50,964 nucleotides of DNA from Guillardia theta CCMP2712 (taxonomy: Eukaryota; Protista; Cryptophyta). The stretch spans positions 192,284 through 243,247 of the forward strand of contig NW_005434614.1 in assembly GCF_000315625.1 (NCBI RefSeq). The letters run 5' to 3'. The notes below the pieces were generated by a model. It did no database searches. It was given only the letters and a program-made list of their open reading frames with translations, and was not told where the DNA came from. A program made the translations under genes and the position numbers. Positions 1 through 13,316 of the stretch are shown here, in pieces (positions within the stretch are counted from its first letter, which is position 1; every line of letters begins with the position of its first letter).

Positions 1-262
1 GAGGAGGAGGAGGAGAGGGAAGATGGAGGAAGTAGAGACTGTAGAAGAAGACAGAGACGAGGTTACGATGAAACATGATGCTGGAGATTTCGAGGGGAAG
101 GAGGGAAGCAATGGATGTAGCGCATGCTAGGAGGACAGCGATCGTGGGAGAGGCAGATGGTGGGATGTGCTAGCATGTTTGAATTTGTCTTCATAATCAT
201 GTGATAGTAGAGAACAGAATCGCAACGAGAACAGTCCCACCTTTTATGACGTGCATGGACAG

Positions 263-3200
263 ATGGGATGGAAGCGGATTTCGAGAGCTGGAGGTTTTGC
301 TCTCAAAGCTTTGCTCCTGCTCTCCCTCGTCGACTTCTTCGGAATGCAGTGCATCGGAGAGCAGATTGCAGATGAGGATCCCGTTCCCCTCTCAGAGCTG
401 GTCAGCGCTCAAGCCTCCAAATGCAAGCATCAGTCTTGCAAGCGAAGTATCATCCTTGGGTTTGCTAACAAGGGATACAGCAAGTTTGCCTTCAACTGGG
501 TCTTGAGCCTGCGCCATGCTGAGGTAGAGAACTTCCTCCTAGTGGCATTGGACGAGGAAGCACACCTTCACTTCACGAGGCACCATGTCACCTCCTACTA
601 CAACGCCTCGATGGGTACGACAGACGCCAAGTCGCAGCATCACGGGTCGAAGACGTTTCGAAACATCATGGAGATCAGGTTGCGCTATGTTGTGGAGCTG
701 CTTGAACAAGACTTCGACGTCTGGCTGACAGACGTCGACTCTGTCTTCAACACCGACCCCTTCGTCTTCCTCGATGCTGACAGCGCTGCTGAGCTGGCCT
801 ACGACACGCCGTTCCTGCCCAAAGGGAAGGACAGTCCGCTAATGGTAATGGCTGGTTTCTTCTACATGAGGAGGTGAGGAGGAGAGGAGGAGGAGAGCGA
901 GGGACGTGACAGAGGAGGAGCAGGTGCAGCAAGTTCCCTGAGAACTGCGCGCTACTGAAAGAGACGATCAAGTACATCGACGATCATCCCGAGAAGCATG
1001 ATCAGTTTGCCTTCAATGCCGTGCTGTCGAGGAAAGAGGCCGAGGGGTACAAGTACAAACTGATGGATCCTCTGCTGTTCTGCAATGGCGCCTTGTACTT
1101 TTCTGAGAGAGCTCCTCAGGTGAGAAGGGGAGGATCAGGATGGTTTGCCTGATACGAGTGTCAGATGTTGGGGATGAAATCTGCTGTCGTGCAGAACAAC
1201 CACATCACGGGGTGTGTGTGATGACTTGGAAGTTGTAGGTGTGAAGAAGTTCCTGATGATTGCCTTGTTCAGTGTGTTGAGCAAGAGACATAGATTCAGA
1301 GAGCACCTCTTGTGGTGAAGATACAACTTCCCTTGACACTCATCGTGTGTTGATACGATGATTCAGGTACCTTGACCCTCCGTCTTACTATCAGAACGAG
1401 ACTGCAAAATACCTTCTTTTTGATAACGTCCAGGTAACATGTCTTTGTTGATGTGTTGGTTGTCTGACCTGCTTGTTTCCTTCAGGATCCCCTCTTGGGG
1501 ATCGTACATGAGATGGCGTCTTTGAAATCAGCGATGTTGATGGGAAGGATGCTGAATAGAATCGTTATTCTCCCGCTGTTCTGCTTGTACAACAAAGTCG
1601 ATGGAGTTTATTCGGGATCATCGGATTGGTGAGAAGCAATGAGGTTTGATGAAATATTAACTCCTCTTCCTCTTCCTCTTCCTCTTCCTCTTCCTCTTCC
1701 TCTTCCTCTTCCTCTCCTCTTCCCTCCAATCTCCTCCCCTCCCCTCCCGTTCTCTCTCCTCTACCTGCGATCAGGTGTACTGTCGAGGAGTTCATCGAGC
1801 TGGACCCTCAGGTCTTCCCCGTGCGAGAACACAGTTTCCTTCTCAACCCGCAGACTCCCCGAGGTCTCGACGAGACTGTGACGAGCGTTGGAGCTGACCA
1901 GGACGAGCAGAGGTGGCGGACGCATCGAAGAAGCAAAGATGAAGATCAACGTAAAGGCTGACAAGTATGACCACGAGGACGAAGGAGATCTGATCTTCAC
2001 TTCAAAACACGACGACGGTGTAAAGTTTGTCTCTCATGGTGGTGGAGGTGACGGCAGCGCAGGAGCGTCGGAAGAGGAGATCAGGAGGTGGTTCGGGAAA
2101 GGGAGTCGACACGAAGAGGAGAGGTGAGATGGAGCTCTTGCGATAGTCGTTGATGGGACGCAGGGTGTTGTCGTTGGAGAGCTTGCTCGGGCGAGTGCAG
2201 GTAGGAGAGGAGGAGGACTGAACGGATGGTGAAACTTGTGAAGGGGTTCGGGAGCGAGGAGGAGAGGGAGAAGTTCGAGGAGGACTGGGCGAGGGGAGTG
2301 AGGGAGAGAGAAGAAATCCGAAGGCACATCAACCACACCATTTCTCAGCTCTCTCGTCCCTTCACATGCCTGATAGCATGGGGACGAAAATTTGATGGGG
2401 AGATGACGCCGGTGACTTGACGTGGTTGACCTTGTTGCCCTTGACTTCGCTGGACAGGAAGAGATGGGGAGATTGATGGAGAAGATGATGACAAAGATCA
2501 AACCTGATGAAGTCATACCATCCCATCCCTTCCTCTCCTCTTCTCCTCCTCCCCTCTGCTCTGCTCTGCTCTGCTCTTCCCACCCCTGCACCCCCCACAT
2601 TCTCTCCCCTCCCTTCCCTTCCTCCCCTCCCCTTCTCTCCTTTCTTCTCGCCTTACCTTCCTTCTCTCTCCCTCACATCTCATTCCACCCCTGCCATCAT
2701 TCTTTCCTTCCCGTCCTCCCTCTTTTCTCTTGCCCTCTCCTCTCTCTTCTCTCTTCTCTCTTCTCTCTTCTCTCTTCTCTCCTCTCACTTCTCATCACCT
2801 CAGAGTCTTTACCTCGCCGTCGATGGTCTCAAATCTGCTCACCTCGAGGCCTTTCGCGTCATCTGGCCTGACGTCACAGCCTTTGAGTTGTTTCCTTGGA
2901 TGAACCAGGTCCTCCTCCTCCTCCTATACCTCCGTATATATATATATATATGTATATATGCATATATAGATATATATATATATANNNNNNNNNNNNNNNN
3001 NNNNNNNNNNNNNNNNNNNNNNNNNNNNNNNNNNNNNNNNNNNNNNNNNNNNNNNNNNNNNNNNNNNNNNNNNNNNNNNNNNNNNNNNNNNNNNNNNNNN
3101 NNNNNNNNNNNNNNNNNNNNNNNNNNNNNNNNNNNNNNNNNNNNNNNNNNNNNNNNNNNNNNNNNNNNNNNNNNNNNNNNNNNNNNNNNNNNNNNNNNNN

Positions 3201-3890
3201 NNNNNNNNNNNNNNNNNNNNNNNNNNNNNNNNNNNNNNNNNNNNNNNNNNNNNNNNNNNNNNNNNNNNNNNNNNNNNNNNNNNNNNNNNNNNNNNNNNNN
3301 NNNNNNNNNNNNNNNNNNNNNNNNNNNNTACCTACGTACCTCCGTCCTCCTCCTCCTCCTCCTCCTCCTCCTCCTCCTCCTCCTCCTCCTCTCCTCCTCC
3401 TCCTCCTCCTCCTCCTCCTCCTCCTCCTCCTCCTCCTCCTCCTCCTCCTCCTCCTCCTCCTCCTCCTCCTCCTCCTCCTCCTCCTCCTCCTCCTCCTCCT
3501 CCTCCTCCTCCTCCTCCTCCTTTTCTTCTTCCCCACAACCATCAACTCCTCCTCCTCCTCCTCTAACACACGCTCCATCTTCTTCTGCACTTACGTCTCA
3601 CCCCCCTCATTGCAGGGGTTCAGGCGACACCAGCAGACGCTTTTGATCCATCAAGGTAGACGACCAGACGCGTCATGTTGTATCTTCATGTTGTTGACGC
3701 CATGGCAGGAGTTTGTCGAGCTGCCCAGACTGTCGTTGTGGATGACAAATCTCAAGTTTCCATGCACTTGTGCGATGAGTGGAGGAGAGGACGCAAAGAC
3801 AAGGACAGTGCTTGTGTTCACTTGAACGACGACGATGATGGAGGGAGCAACATGCTGGATGTCTTGTCAGCGATGAGAGATGAGTTGTGA
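263..3890 (+). CDS. Multi-exon ER/Golgi glycosyltransferase: GT77 nucleotide-diphospho-sugar transferase domain plus C-terminal O-fucosyltransferase-like segment, ends in RDEL (spans an assembly gap)
   Basis: ATG at 263 followed by a hydrophobic N-terminus. Motifs include FANKGYSKFAFNW, LLVALDE, DVWLTDVDSVFNTDP (DxD), MAGFFY, HDQFAFN, FCNG, KRHRFREHLLW, LNRIVILP and REHSFLLNP. Last exons read LLIHQ|GVCRAAQTVV...SAMRDEL* (stop 3888-3890). Internal exon boundaries are approximate. Confidence 0.75.
2935..3520. repeat. (TA)n tract, assembly gap (2985-3328) and (CCT)n tract within an intron
   Basis: Directly visible simple repeats on both sides of the N-run. Confidence 0.9.
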
Positions 3891-4048
3891 CAAGACGCGG
3901 TCAACGTGGGGAGGTGAAGATGACGCTTTTGTAGCTCAGACTGCTGAAGGCTGTCTTGAAAGATTTTAGAGCAGATAACATCGCTCAGTTTTATGGTATT
4001 AACATCTTTACATTCATTTACATCATCGCCTTCATCCTCCATCCCTTC

Positions 4049-5054
4049 TCAGTTCTTCTTCGGCGCAGGTTTGAATTCCTTCCACTTGCTCCATTTCTCT
4101 GTCAACTCCTCTACGCCCTTCCCTCTCTCCTCCTCCACTTCATCTTCCTCCAAGATGTTCTCCCGCCTCCTCGTCTTCCTAGGTGATATCAGCTCCTGCG
4201 ACTGATCCTCCTCCTTCTCCTCCTCCAGCGACGCTTCAAACCCGCTCTTCAGCATGCAGACCTTCACGCGATGGGCAGCCAGCAGTCGACCTTCGTCCTC
4301 CTTCCTCATGCACAGAACAGGCACGTCCACTTGCTCCGCCGCCTCCAAACGTCCGGGAGCAGGAGGGAGGAGGGGGCGCGAGGGATCTAAATCGAGGAGG
4401 ACGACCACCCCCTCTGCTCCCGCCTGCAGCGCCCGCAGAGCCTTGAGAGCTACCGCACACCTGCCGCCATGCACAACCTGAAGCTGCGTCAGCTCCGCCT
4501 CCTCTCCTGCTCTCCTCCCTTCCTCCTCCTCCCCCTCTCCCTCCTTCTCCTCCTGAGCTCTGTCATACCGCAAGAGATCCTCGCATTTCCCGCTGGTTGC
4601 TGAGCTGCTCATCAGCGAGCGGAGGCCGCGCAAGGGCAGGAGCGAGCATGTTGTGCTTTCCGCTACCGAAAAGAAGCTCTCCCTCCTCCCCGACTTCAAA
4701 CCTCCCCCGCACCTACTCGAAACCATCACTCCTCTCCCCCTCCTCCTCCCTCTTCCTCCTCCTGCCTATCTTCTGCTACATCCTCCTCCTCTACCTCCTC
4801 CCTCACTCCTCCTCCTCCCTCTCTCCCTTATCCTACCAGTTCCTCGGCCTCGTAGTCCTCGATGACGGAGGAGACAGTGTCTGTGGTGATGAGCGACGAG
4901 AATCTCTCTCCCCGCGAGCGCCTGAGAGCAGTCACAAGAGTTCCAGATGGGAGGAGGAGGACGAGGACGTGGAGGTGGAGGTGGAGGAGGTGGAGGACGA
5001 GAAAAGCAGCAGCAGGAGCAAGAGAGAGACACTGGACAGCAAGAAAATTGACAT
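4049..5054 (-). CDS. Probable PA (protease-associated) domain protein, multi-exon
   Basis: VVHGGRCAVALKALRALQAGAEGVVVLL...VDVPVLCMRKEDEGRLL matches the PA-domain pattern (RG.C.F..K...A...GA.gvi...IP...I....G..L). The 5' exons and start are uncertain; a signal-peptide-like ATG lies at 5054. Confidence 0.45.
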
Positions 5055-5275
5055 CGTTGCAGGGAAGTGAAGGTGAAGAAAGATATTGAGTACATGCAGG
5101 AGCGGGAGCTGGAGCTGGAGCGAGAGCGAGAGCGAGAGCAGGAGCAGGAGCAGGAGCAGGAGCAGCATGTGGATATCAAACCCGAATGTGCAGGCGACGA
5201 ACTGAACGAGACGATCTTTAGGGACATGTCGGATCTCAAGGTCTGCGATCAAGGCATGTGAGACTGGGAGCAAGT

Positions 5276-6221
5276 TCAAGCATCCTCACCTTCTTCCGCC
5301 ATGGACACGTCGAGCAGAGCGACGACGCCGAAGTAGAGGATGCCGATGTCAGGATGGGAGGAGACGAAGATGTTTGGAAGAGAGAGAACAGAAGAAAGAT
5401 CGACAGACGGCACATCGGAGAACATCTTCATAACTTGTCTCCTCTGATCTTCAAAGGGCGCAATCTCCTGGATCGCCTGCTCATGCTGCTCAACACAACA
5501 TGTGAGCACGAGTCGGGGCAACACTGATCTGAGAACACAACCTCCTGAGAAACTTGCTTCAATCTGGATCGACGCGCTGCTACAAGACCCTTCAGCTCTT
5601 CTGTCCGACTTCCCAACTTCTCGAGGTAGCTCCTCCTCTTCCTCAGCATCTCCAACCTCCGCGCCAACCTCCTCTCGGTGCCCTCGCCAGGTGCTGCTGG
5701 CAGATCTCACAACGACTTTGGGGAGAGAGGGGAGAAGACAACCAGCTGCTGACTTAGTCGATTCGATCTCTGCCATGTCTTTCTCAACCTTCTCAATCTT
5801 CTGTCGGTGGGGAACGGAGACTTCACGTCAGCCGCACAAACACAAGTGGCATGTTTCTCACCTGTGCCGCTGACAAGCAGGAGGAGTAGAGAGACTCTGC
5901 TTGCGACAACCTGAGACGTTGTTACAATGAACAACACAAACACACTCATCACTCTTGTGTAGCACGAGTCAATCTCTGTTGTATGTCTTTCATTTTGCCG
6001 TCAACCCCGCGTCCTGCCAGCTCGGCCTGTCACAACCTCAATCTCCCTGATATACAACAAGATGCCATGTGAGCACCTCGATCTGATTGAGTTGGTGCAG
6101 AAGAGAGATCTCCTGTTTCGCAGTATCACAAGCCCCAGAACATCTCTCTTCAACAAACAACATCTTCTTTAGGCTCAACTAGTGCCTTGAGGGGATCAAC
6201 AGGGGAATCTCGCTTGTCCAT
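5276..6221 (-). CDS. Hypothetical coiled-coil protein, multi-exon
   Basis: Spliceable minus-strand exons read RRLEMLRKRRSYLEKLGSRTEELKGLVAARRSRLKQVSQE and HEQAIQEIAPFEDQRRQ...EEGEDA*. No recognisable domain. Confidence 0.4.
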
Positions 6222-6253
6222 GACTTGAATCAGTTTCAAGCTGCAGCCACAAG

Positions 6254-9200
6254 TTACAGCCCTTTGACACCTCTCATTCCTTTCACCTGTTCTTCACTCT
6301 CTGCACATTCCGTCGAAACTTTCCCGCCGGCAAATCAGCTTGAAGCATTCTTTCTCGCAAGATTGCACGTTAGAACCATATCATGGCACAAACATCGAAG
6401 CAACAGCGACATCGGAAGAGAAGGGACATGTCAACACTCACGATGACTGTCGAGAAATCTCCTCATGCATGAGCTGGTGGCCAACAATCATCACGGCCCA
6501 ACTCGAGTCAATGCAGGACATCTCACTTGCAGCCTTGCTTCCTCCTGCCTCGCCGTCGACAAGCTCCCATCGATGCTCATCAGCCTCTTGTCCATGGCGA
6601 CATTCCTCTCCTTCTCTCTCCTCCTCCCTCCACCAGCCTCCGATGTCTGCAAGACCATCTTGTGCAACAAAATCCCTTCTTCCGTCGAGAATCTTCCTGC
6701 TCCCGCTCCCGCTCCCGCTCCCGCTCCTGCTCCTGCTCCCGCTCCCGCTCCCGCTCCTGCTCCTGCTCCTGCTCCAGCTCCAGCTCCAGCTCCAGCTCCA
6801 GCTCCAGCTCCTGCTCCCGCTCCTGCTCCTCCTTCATTTCTCAGAATCAGACTCATAGCAGCTTGCTGCGCAGCCTCCTTTCCCTCCTCGACTCCACTGT
6901 CATTTCATCTCAGCGCTTCTTCACACCTTCACGTCACTTCCAGCTCACCTCACAAACATCCGCCAAAGGCATTCCAACGACATGAGCCTCGAATTGTCCT
7001 TGCTTGCCATCTGAACAATATCAGATCAGCTCTGCTGCTCATCATCTCAACACAACTTGCCTTCTCCATCACAAACTCAACAAGACATTCAGCAGCAGTC
7101 CTCGCGCCCTGACAGCAGTCATCAACCTTCATCTGCTGAAATCTCACAAGCTCACGGGTCCTCCCATCATTGCCCCGACAATCGCGTCGAGACATCCGGA
7201 CCGCCGGTCCTCTGCCCTGCCATGGCGGGTGAGCAACGAAAGGGACGCGCTATCCCGGACGAGCCTCCCGATGTCTCGATGCAGGACAGGACAGCAAGAG
7301 GTCACCTGAAGAGAGCTACTTTCTGCAGGAGGAGGCAGAGAGATTCTGCGAGGAGGGTCAAGGGGTGACAACCGGCGCGACATGTCACTTGCGACAGCAA
7401 CATCTCCATCAGATGTGAGAGCTGCCAGGATCTCAACACTTGCTTGTCGATGCTCGGGTCGATGATCGATCATGTTCTTCAAGACGAACTGAAAGACGAA
7501 TCATATTACATCATCGCAGTCCCATCTTTTGTCATTCACTTCGAGAGGTTCACTCTCTCCGCTGCGCCAAAGGCTCATCAGGATGTCGATGCTGTTCTGA
7601 AATGACAATCACTTTCAGTCGCTCCATCTCGTGTCAACAGGTACTACCTGTCGCATGTGCCAGGGAAAAGTCATGAAAGCTCTGAAACATGTCTCCACTA
7701 TCATCTTCTTTTCTTCTCCGGCCGCTCGCACAATCAACTTGGTGCCTTCGGTCATGAACAGCTGGTGGTGAAGCAGCTCGTCGTCTTTGTCTGCCTTGCT
7801 GAACTTGAGGAGGCTGTCGATGGCTGCCATGGCGACGCTCCTGGCGGGGAAACGACAAACAGAGTCCAACGCCTTGAGAGCTGCGAAGCGAAGAGAAACA
7901 TGCTCATCCTCAAGCCTGACGAGAAAGAATCAGCGGGAGAGGTGCAGCAGAGACAAGGCGATCGAGATGCAAGCGAGGAGAACAGAAAGGGGCAAACAAG
8001 CAGAGAAGAAGACATCGACCTCTCTAAGATTCCCTTCATCATCGCGTTCACTTGCGCTGATTCGGGCTCTCCGACACTCTCAACAATCTTGAGAGCGAGG
8101 AGACGAACTTGACGGGCGCGATGCTGCAGCAGGTGGGCAGACACCTCAAGTAGCTGACGCACTCGTCACTGTATGCCTGCTCCTAGCTGTGAAACCCACC
8201 TCCTTCTCTCCTCTTGACGAAGAAGCAAGCAAGAAGTCGACTGCGCTCTGACAGGTCTGCAAGAAGCTGAGAAGAGAGCAAGAGGGAAGGGAAGGGGAGG
8301 GGAGAGGAGACGAGAGCAGGAGCGGGCTTCATATCAGCTACTTGCCTTCAAGGAGATTGAGCGGTCCAGAGCTGATCAAAGAGATCAGCATCCTCATCGC
8401 TAGTTTCCACCCCCCAAAACCCAACCCACCACCCAACCCANNNNNNNNNNNNNNNNNNNNNNNNNNNNNNNNNNNNNNNNNNNNNNNNNNNNNNNNNNNN
8501 NNNNNNNNNNNNNNNNNNNNNNNNNNNNNNNNNNNNNNNNCTCGTCCTCATCCTTCTCTTCCTCCTCCTCCTCCTCCTCCTCCTCCTCCTCGATCAGGCT
8601 TCTACCTGTTCTACTTAGATCGTCCGTGGCCTTCATCGCAGAGAACGCAACAGGCATCACGTCAGTCAATCAGTATCTCTTGGCAGCATCTTGTTTCCTC
8701 TTACCGATTCGAACGCATCAGCAGTCGATTTCAACGTCTTCAAGGCAGCGGATCTGAGCTCCAATCTTTGCTCTTCATTCATCTTGCTCTGCAGCTCTCG
8801 GCAAACAACCATGGCTTGCTCGACAACAAAGTCGTCGTCACAGGAGGCGACTCGTTGCAGGAGGACGTAACATTCCTGGAACCACCAGTAACATCAGCTC
8901 ACAACATCAGCTCACAAGAGCAAAGTCAGGCAAGACCAACCTCTGAAACATCGAGTTCTGGTTGACATGCGAGCAATCTCAACAGCGAAATAATCTTCTC
9001 GACCCGCAAGAATCCTTCGCTGCGAGATGTGCGAACCCCTTGGGATGTGGTTTGCAGGATTTGAAGTTGATCGAGATCGAGATTGATCTCGCTGACAATC
9101 AATTCCACTAGAGATTCGTCTTTCTGCCTGCTGATCTCTTTTGTCTCCAGTCAACAGACTTGCAACTCGATACAGGGACAGCAAACCTGCTAGCGCGTCT

Positions 9201-10393
9201 GACGCAAGCTTCTTCAAGAATGAACTCTAAACAGAACAAAAGTGTTCACATGCAAAAGCAGAGAGAAGACGCAGAAGAAAGAGGATGAGAGAGATGGAGA
9301 GGTAACAGAGAGAGAGAGGGAGACGGGGCGAAGAGAGAGGCAGACGGGGAAGAGGGAAGCGGGAGAGGGAGGGAGGGAAGAGGAAGGGAAGGGTAGCTCG
9401 CAACCTCCTCATCCGATCTGATGACATCCTTCAACACCAAAAGAGCTTCCTCGTTATCAACCGCCAGCGTTAGATCCTGATAGCCAGGAGAGCATCTGAA
9501 CGATCCTACCCACCAGCCCTCACGCAAAGACGGAAAGAAAGGAAGGTGCCAGTCACCTTGGACGAAGATGGCTCCCTGACCCTCCTGAGCTCCTCCTGTC
9601 AAGCTCATCAACAGGTGGACAAGGGAGGAGGAGATCGTCCGTGCCTTCAGCTGCGCTTCCCTTGCACTCTGCTCGCTCCTGTGGGCCGAGATGATCTTTC
9701 CGTGAAGTTTGACCAAGAAGTTGTTTTCAGCTCCCTCCTCCCCCTGCTCCTCCTCGTTGAATCTGATCGCAACCACCTCCCTTGCCATCTCTCGCTCATG
9801 TTCAGCATACCAAACTCCACTGATAAAGAGCTCTTGCATGCTGTGAGAGGAGGGGTCCTTGGAGTTCTGAATCAAGTCCTTCATGCTCTTGCTCCCCCTC
9901 CTGCCCTCAGGCAGCACCAAAACCCTCCCCACGCAATCTCTGTTGTCATTGTCGAACTGAAGCACGAATATGATGATGAACCATGGCTCTTCTCTGGAAG
10001 GAGAAGACTGCATGACAGCAGCAGCAGCAGCAGGATCAGAGGCAGGGGGTGGAGGGGGGGCGTCGGGGACTTCAATCTTGAACCTGAAGGAAGCCTCAAG
10101 CTTCATTCTGTATGTCATCACATCTTCTATCCAATCGGAGTCTTCTGCGATGATTGTTTTCCACTGTGTCAGATCTTTGCTGAGGAAGAGCGACGACCCT
10201 TCGAGTTCGACATGCACACGTTGCAAAGCTGCAGACGTGCCCTCGCCCTGCCATGCCATCAACTCATCATCGAGATGAAAGAATCGTTATGGTCACGATG
10301 AGGTCTGACCTCTCCGTTATGCTGTTGATACGACGAAGAGCGGAGGACTGAGATGCGAAAAGCTCCTCTCGGTCTATTGGTGAAGATTTCCAT
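6254..10393 (-). CDS. Large multi-exon helical-repeat (ARM/HEAT-like) protein; may be two genes (gap 8441-8540)
   Basis: Long exon at 9246-10262. HEAT-like segments include LLQHRARQVRLLALKIVESV, RSVAMAAIDSLLKF, EHRQASVEILAAL and LKKLASDALAGLL. Ends are approximate. Confidence 0.5.
6697..6831. repeat. Hexamer repeat (GCTCCN)n; read as Gly-Ala on the minus strand
   Basis: About 22 copies of gctccc/gctcct/gctcca arranged in blocks. Confidence 0.85.
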
Positions 10394-10850
10394 TCACAAC
10401 ATTGGGAGTCCTGGAGGGACTGATCAGAACAATCGATCCTCTCTCGCTTGTGTCACATGCTTCCCATCTCCATGTTCCCAGCACTGACCGCCTCTTCTAC
10501 ATGCTCATCTCCTGCTCCGTATCTTTCTCCTCCCTCCCTCGCTTCTCCACCTCCGTATCTTTCTCCTGCTCCGTATCCTTTCTAAACCCATGTTATCGGG
10601 ACGATCCTTGCGACACACGGGTACTATTTCGAAGGTCAGAAGGGGGTGAGGGTAGTCACCCCCACCCCCCATCCAAATGAAAAAATTCAGTAAGAAGAGG
10701 GGGTATCACAGCGAAGTTTTCGGTTGAATATTGTTAGGGTGGGGTGTATGACCCTACCCTAGTCGATTCAATACTAAATGTATAGCTAGGTATGGGTGTA
10801 CTGAATGACCCACCCAGCCCCAGGAATCAGGCCCGTTGCATATTGTCGCC

Positions 10851-11332
10851 ATGGATCGGCGGGGAATGGTGGGGCCCGGGCTGAGGGGTCGGTTTGTGGC
10901 GTCGATGGCGCGAGAGATGATGAAAGATGTGATGAGAGAGAGGCTGAAAGAAGAGAAGTACAACGTTGACAGAGCAGCAAAGGCTACAAGAGAGATCGCA
11001 GACTCGATCAAGATGAAGTTGAAAGGTACGTGGAGAGAGGTATGGCTGTAATGGATCGTCGGAACGCTGACACTTTTGTTTTGAATGATTTCAGAATTTC
11101 ATTGGGAGAGATACAAATATGTTGTGCAGGTTGTGATTGGGGAGCAGCGAGGAGAGGGAATACAGTGAGTGTTGTAGGATCGTGAATCATTTTTGCTGAT
11201 ATGCTCGTGACTCCCTCCAGGATGGGTTGTCGATGTTTCTGGGACGAAGATGCTGATAATTTTGCGCAAGCAAGCTACTCGAATGACAGCTTGTTTGCCA
11301 CTGCAGTAGCTTTTGGCGTGTATCTTTATTGA
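10851..11332 (+). CDS. TCTEX1D2: Tctex-1 family dynein light chain (TCTEX1D2/DYNLT2B-like), 3 exons
   Basis: Exons 10851-11025, 11095-11163 and 11221-11332 give ...REIADSIKMKLKEFHWERYKYVVQVVIGEQRGEGIQMGCRCFWDEDADNFAQASYSNDSLFATAVAFGVYLY*, the diagnostic Tctex-1 signature. Confidence 0.92.
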
Positions 11333-11599
11333 ATATTTACTATACAGCGATTTCTACTATGTCAGACTGTGATTAGGGAGGTATGGCAAGCATCAGTTTG
11401 CTTCATGAGTGAAAACATTCATAAAACTCCATGCGTTCGGCATCGCATCGATACTGCCAATGACGGTGAATGCATGCTAACGGATTCTGACAAATACCTG
11501 CTGATCATTAACACTCGATTTTCCATCCTAGCAGCATGCGATGCATTTTTCCTGCATCCCACCATTACGCTGATTGCGCGTTCAGCTGTAGGATACAAA

Positions 11600-13316
11600 C
11601 TACCTTGATGTGCGGATGGTATCAACCATGTGCTTCTTGTTCTTCACGTCCACGTGGAATGCAAGCTTGTGCTCACGACAGAACCTGCACGAGATCGTGT
11701 CACTCGAACTTCTCAACTGGTACTGCTAACATACCTCGGGCTCCCGCTCCTTGGATCACCGAAGGCAGGAATCTTCTTGCAGTTCTGAGCCTCGCACAAC
11801 CTGGAGCACGTGTGAGGGTGACGGCATGTCCTCATGCTGGTGAGATGAAAACCTGCGGAAGAGCTTGAAATCCGAGGGCCGCGATGGGAGGCGCAGAACC
11901 ATGACTCAAGATGCATCGACCTTTGATCTTCCCCAGCACTCTTCGTGCTGTTGCCCACAGACCCGTAGGTGGCTCTACTGCTGCAGCCCTGCGCCATCGG
12001 GAGGTGACTCAGGGAGAAGGAGGACCTCAGTCAAGGCAACCTCGGGGAACATACAAATGCGATTCTTGAGATCGACTGTTCCCGGATGTCGATGCTCCGA
12101 ACAGAAGCTAGAGCAGAGGCCTCAGTTTGAATCATGATGGAACCAACCTCCTTCACGTACAGCTTCAGCCGCTCCACAGGATCCCCGTAAGATGCGTAAG
12201 TAGTACAGTTCGCAACAATGCCTGACCAAACACCGTTACCATTTGAGAGGCATCAAAGTTCACCTACATCGTGTGGTGGACAAGCCGTAGACTGGTTCTC
12301 TGTTGGACTTTCTTCCGGCATGCAGCCTCCTGCCACCCCTCCGTGTCGCGTTGACTGTTGTCTGAGCTGAGATCGACTCATCCCGAGAGGTCTCGCTATT
12401 CCGGTCGGATCTGCAAGAAGTAGCTGAAACATCTGAGGTACATTCATCCACGGAAGTGCTCTTCGCAGTGCTGCTCTCAGCCTTGTCTGTTCGCAGCAAG
12501 GATTCTGTCTTCTCACTCTCCGAGCTCAAACTAGCCTTGGAAGATGCCACAGAGCTTGGAGGTACAATCTCTACCGCCCACTTGGACTCTTGACCGCGTC
12601 TTCTTTCATCAGAACCAGCTGCACGCTCCATACCAGCCGTCGCTAAGCCTGGCAGAGCAACGGCGCTGAAGGCGAGACGATGAGAGCTCCGGTGAGTCCT
12701 GCAGCTACATCAGCCAGCGAAACAAGCAACAATTTCACGTACCACAAGTCGCGTAGACGCTTTTGCAGAACAGCAAACACACGAAGGCTTCTCGACTGCA
12801 TGAATCGAAATTACTGCAGAGTGGAGGAAATTAGAAGTCGAATCTTACTCCGGAAGGACTGGCGATGCTGCGAACTCTTGATCCGAAGAAGTTGAGACGT
12901 CTGCAATCTAGCATTCTCACCATCTTGACCTGACTATTACACATGTATGAACAATCCGTTCGTTGCAACTGAGGAGAACATGGTTTGAGCTGAGGTCTTG
13001 AGGGATTTGCTGCAAGAATCCTCGAGAAGCAGATCAGAAGAAAGCAGAGAGACACCGGAGCTCGACTGGCTTCCGATTTGAACATGCCGCTACTTGTGTT
13101 CCTTTACAGTCACATCTTTCGATATTTCATCAGCATCTGCGGAAAGCAACCATCATACAATGATCACTCATACATGATTCAGTCTTGTCTCATCACGACT
13201 TGTGTACCTCGCTCGGCTTCGTCAACATCTGAGAGAGAACGACCTTGTATCTCTGGTACCACATTCTTGCATCCTACAAGATTTTTCTTCCAATCACTGC
13301 TTCCTATGCTTGACAT
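11600..13316 (-). CDS. Multi-exon protein with C-terminal EsV-1-7-type Cys/His repeats
   Basis: Spliced repeats read ANCTTYASYGDPVERLKL..FCSEHRHPGTVDLKNRIC, GCSSRATYGS...WFCASHR and CEAQNCKKIPAFGDPRSGSPR|FCREHKLAFHVDVKNK. Stop TAG at 11600-11602. The start at 13316 is tentative. Confidence 0.7.

Noticed and set aside
2507-3825. Long ORFs across the N-gap and (CCT)n tract
   Set aside because: Artefacts of Ns and simple repeats.
9546-10301. Plus-strand 251-aa ORF and similar antisense ORFs (e.g. 25419-26102, 42220-42888, 43689-44420)
   Set aside because: Shadow ORFs opposite real genes in GC-rich coding sequence.
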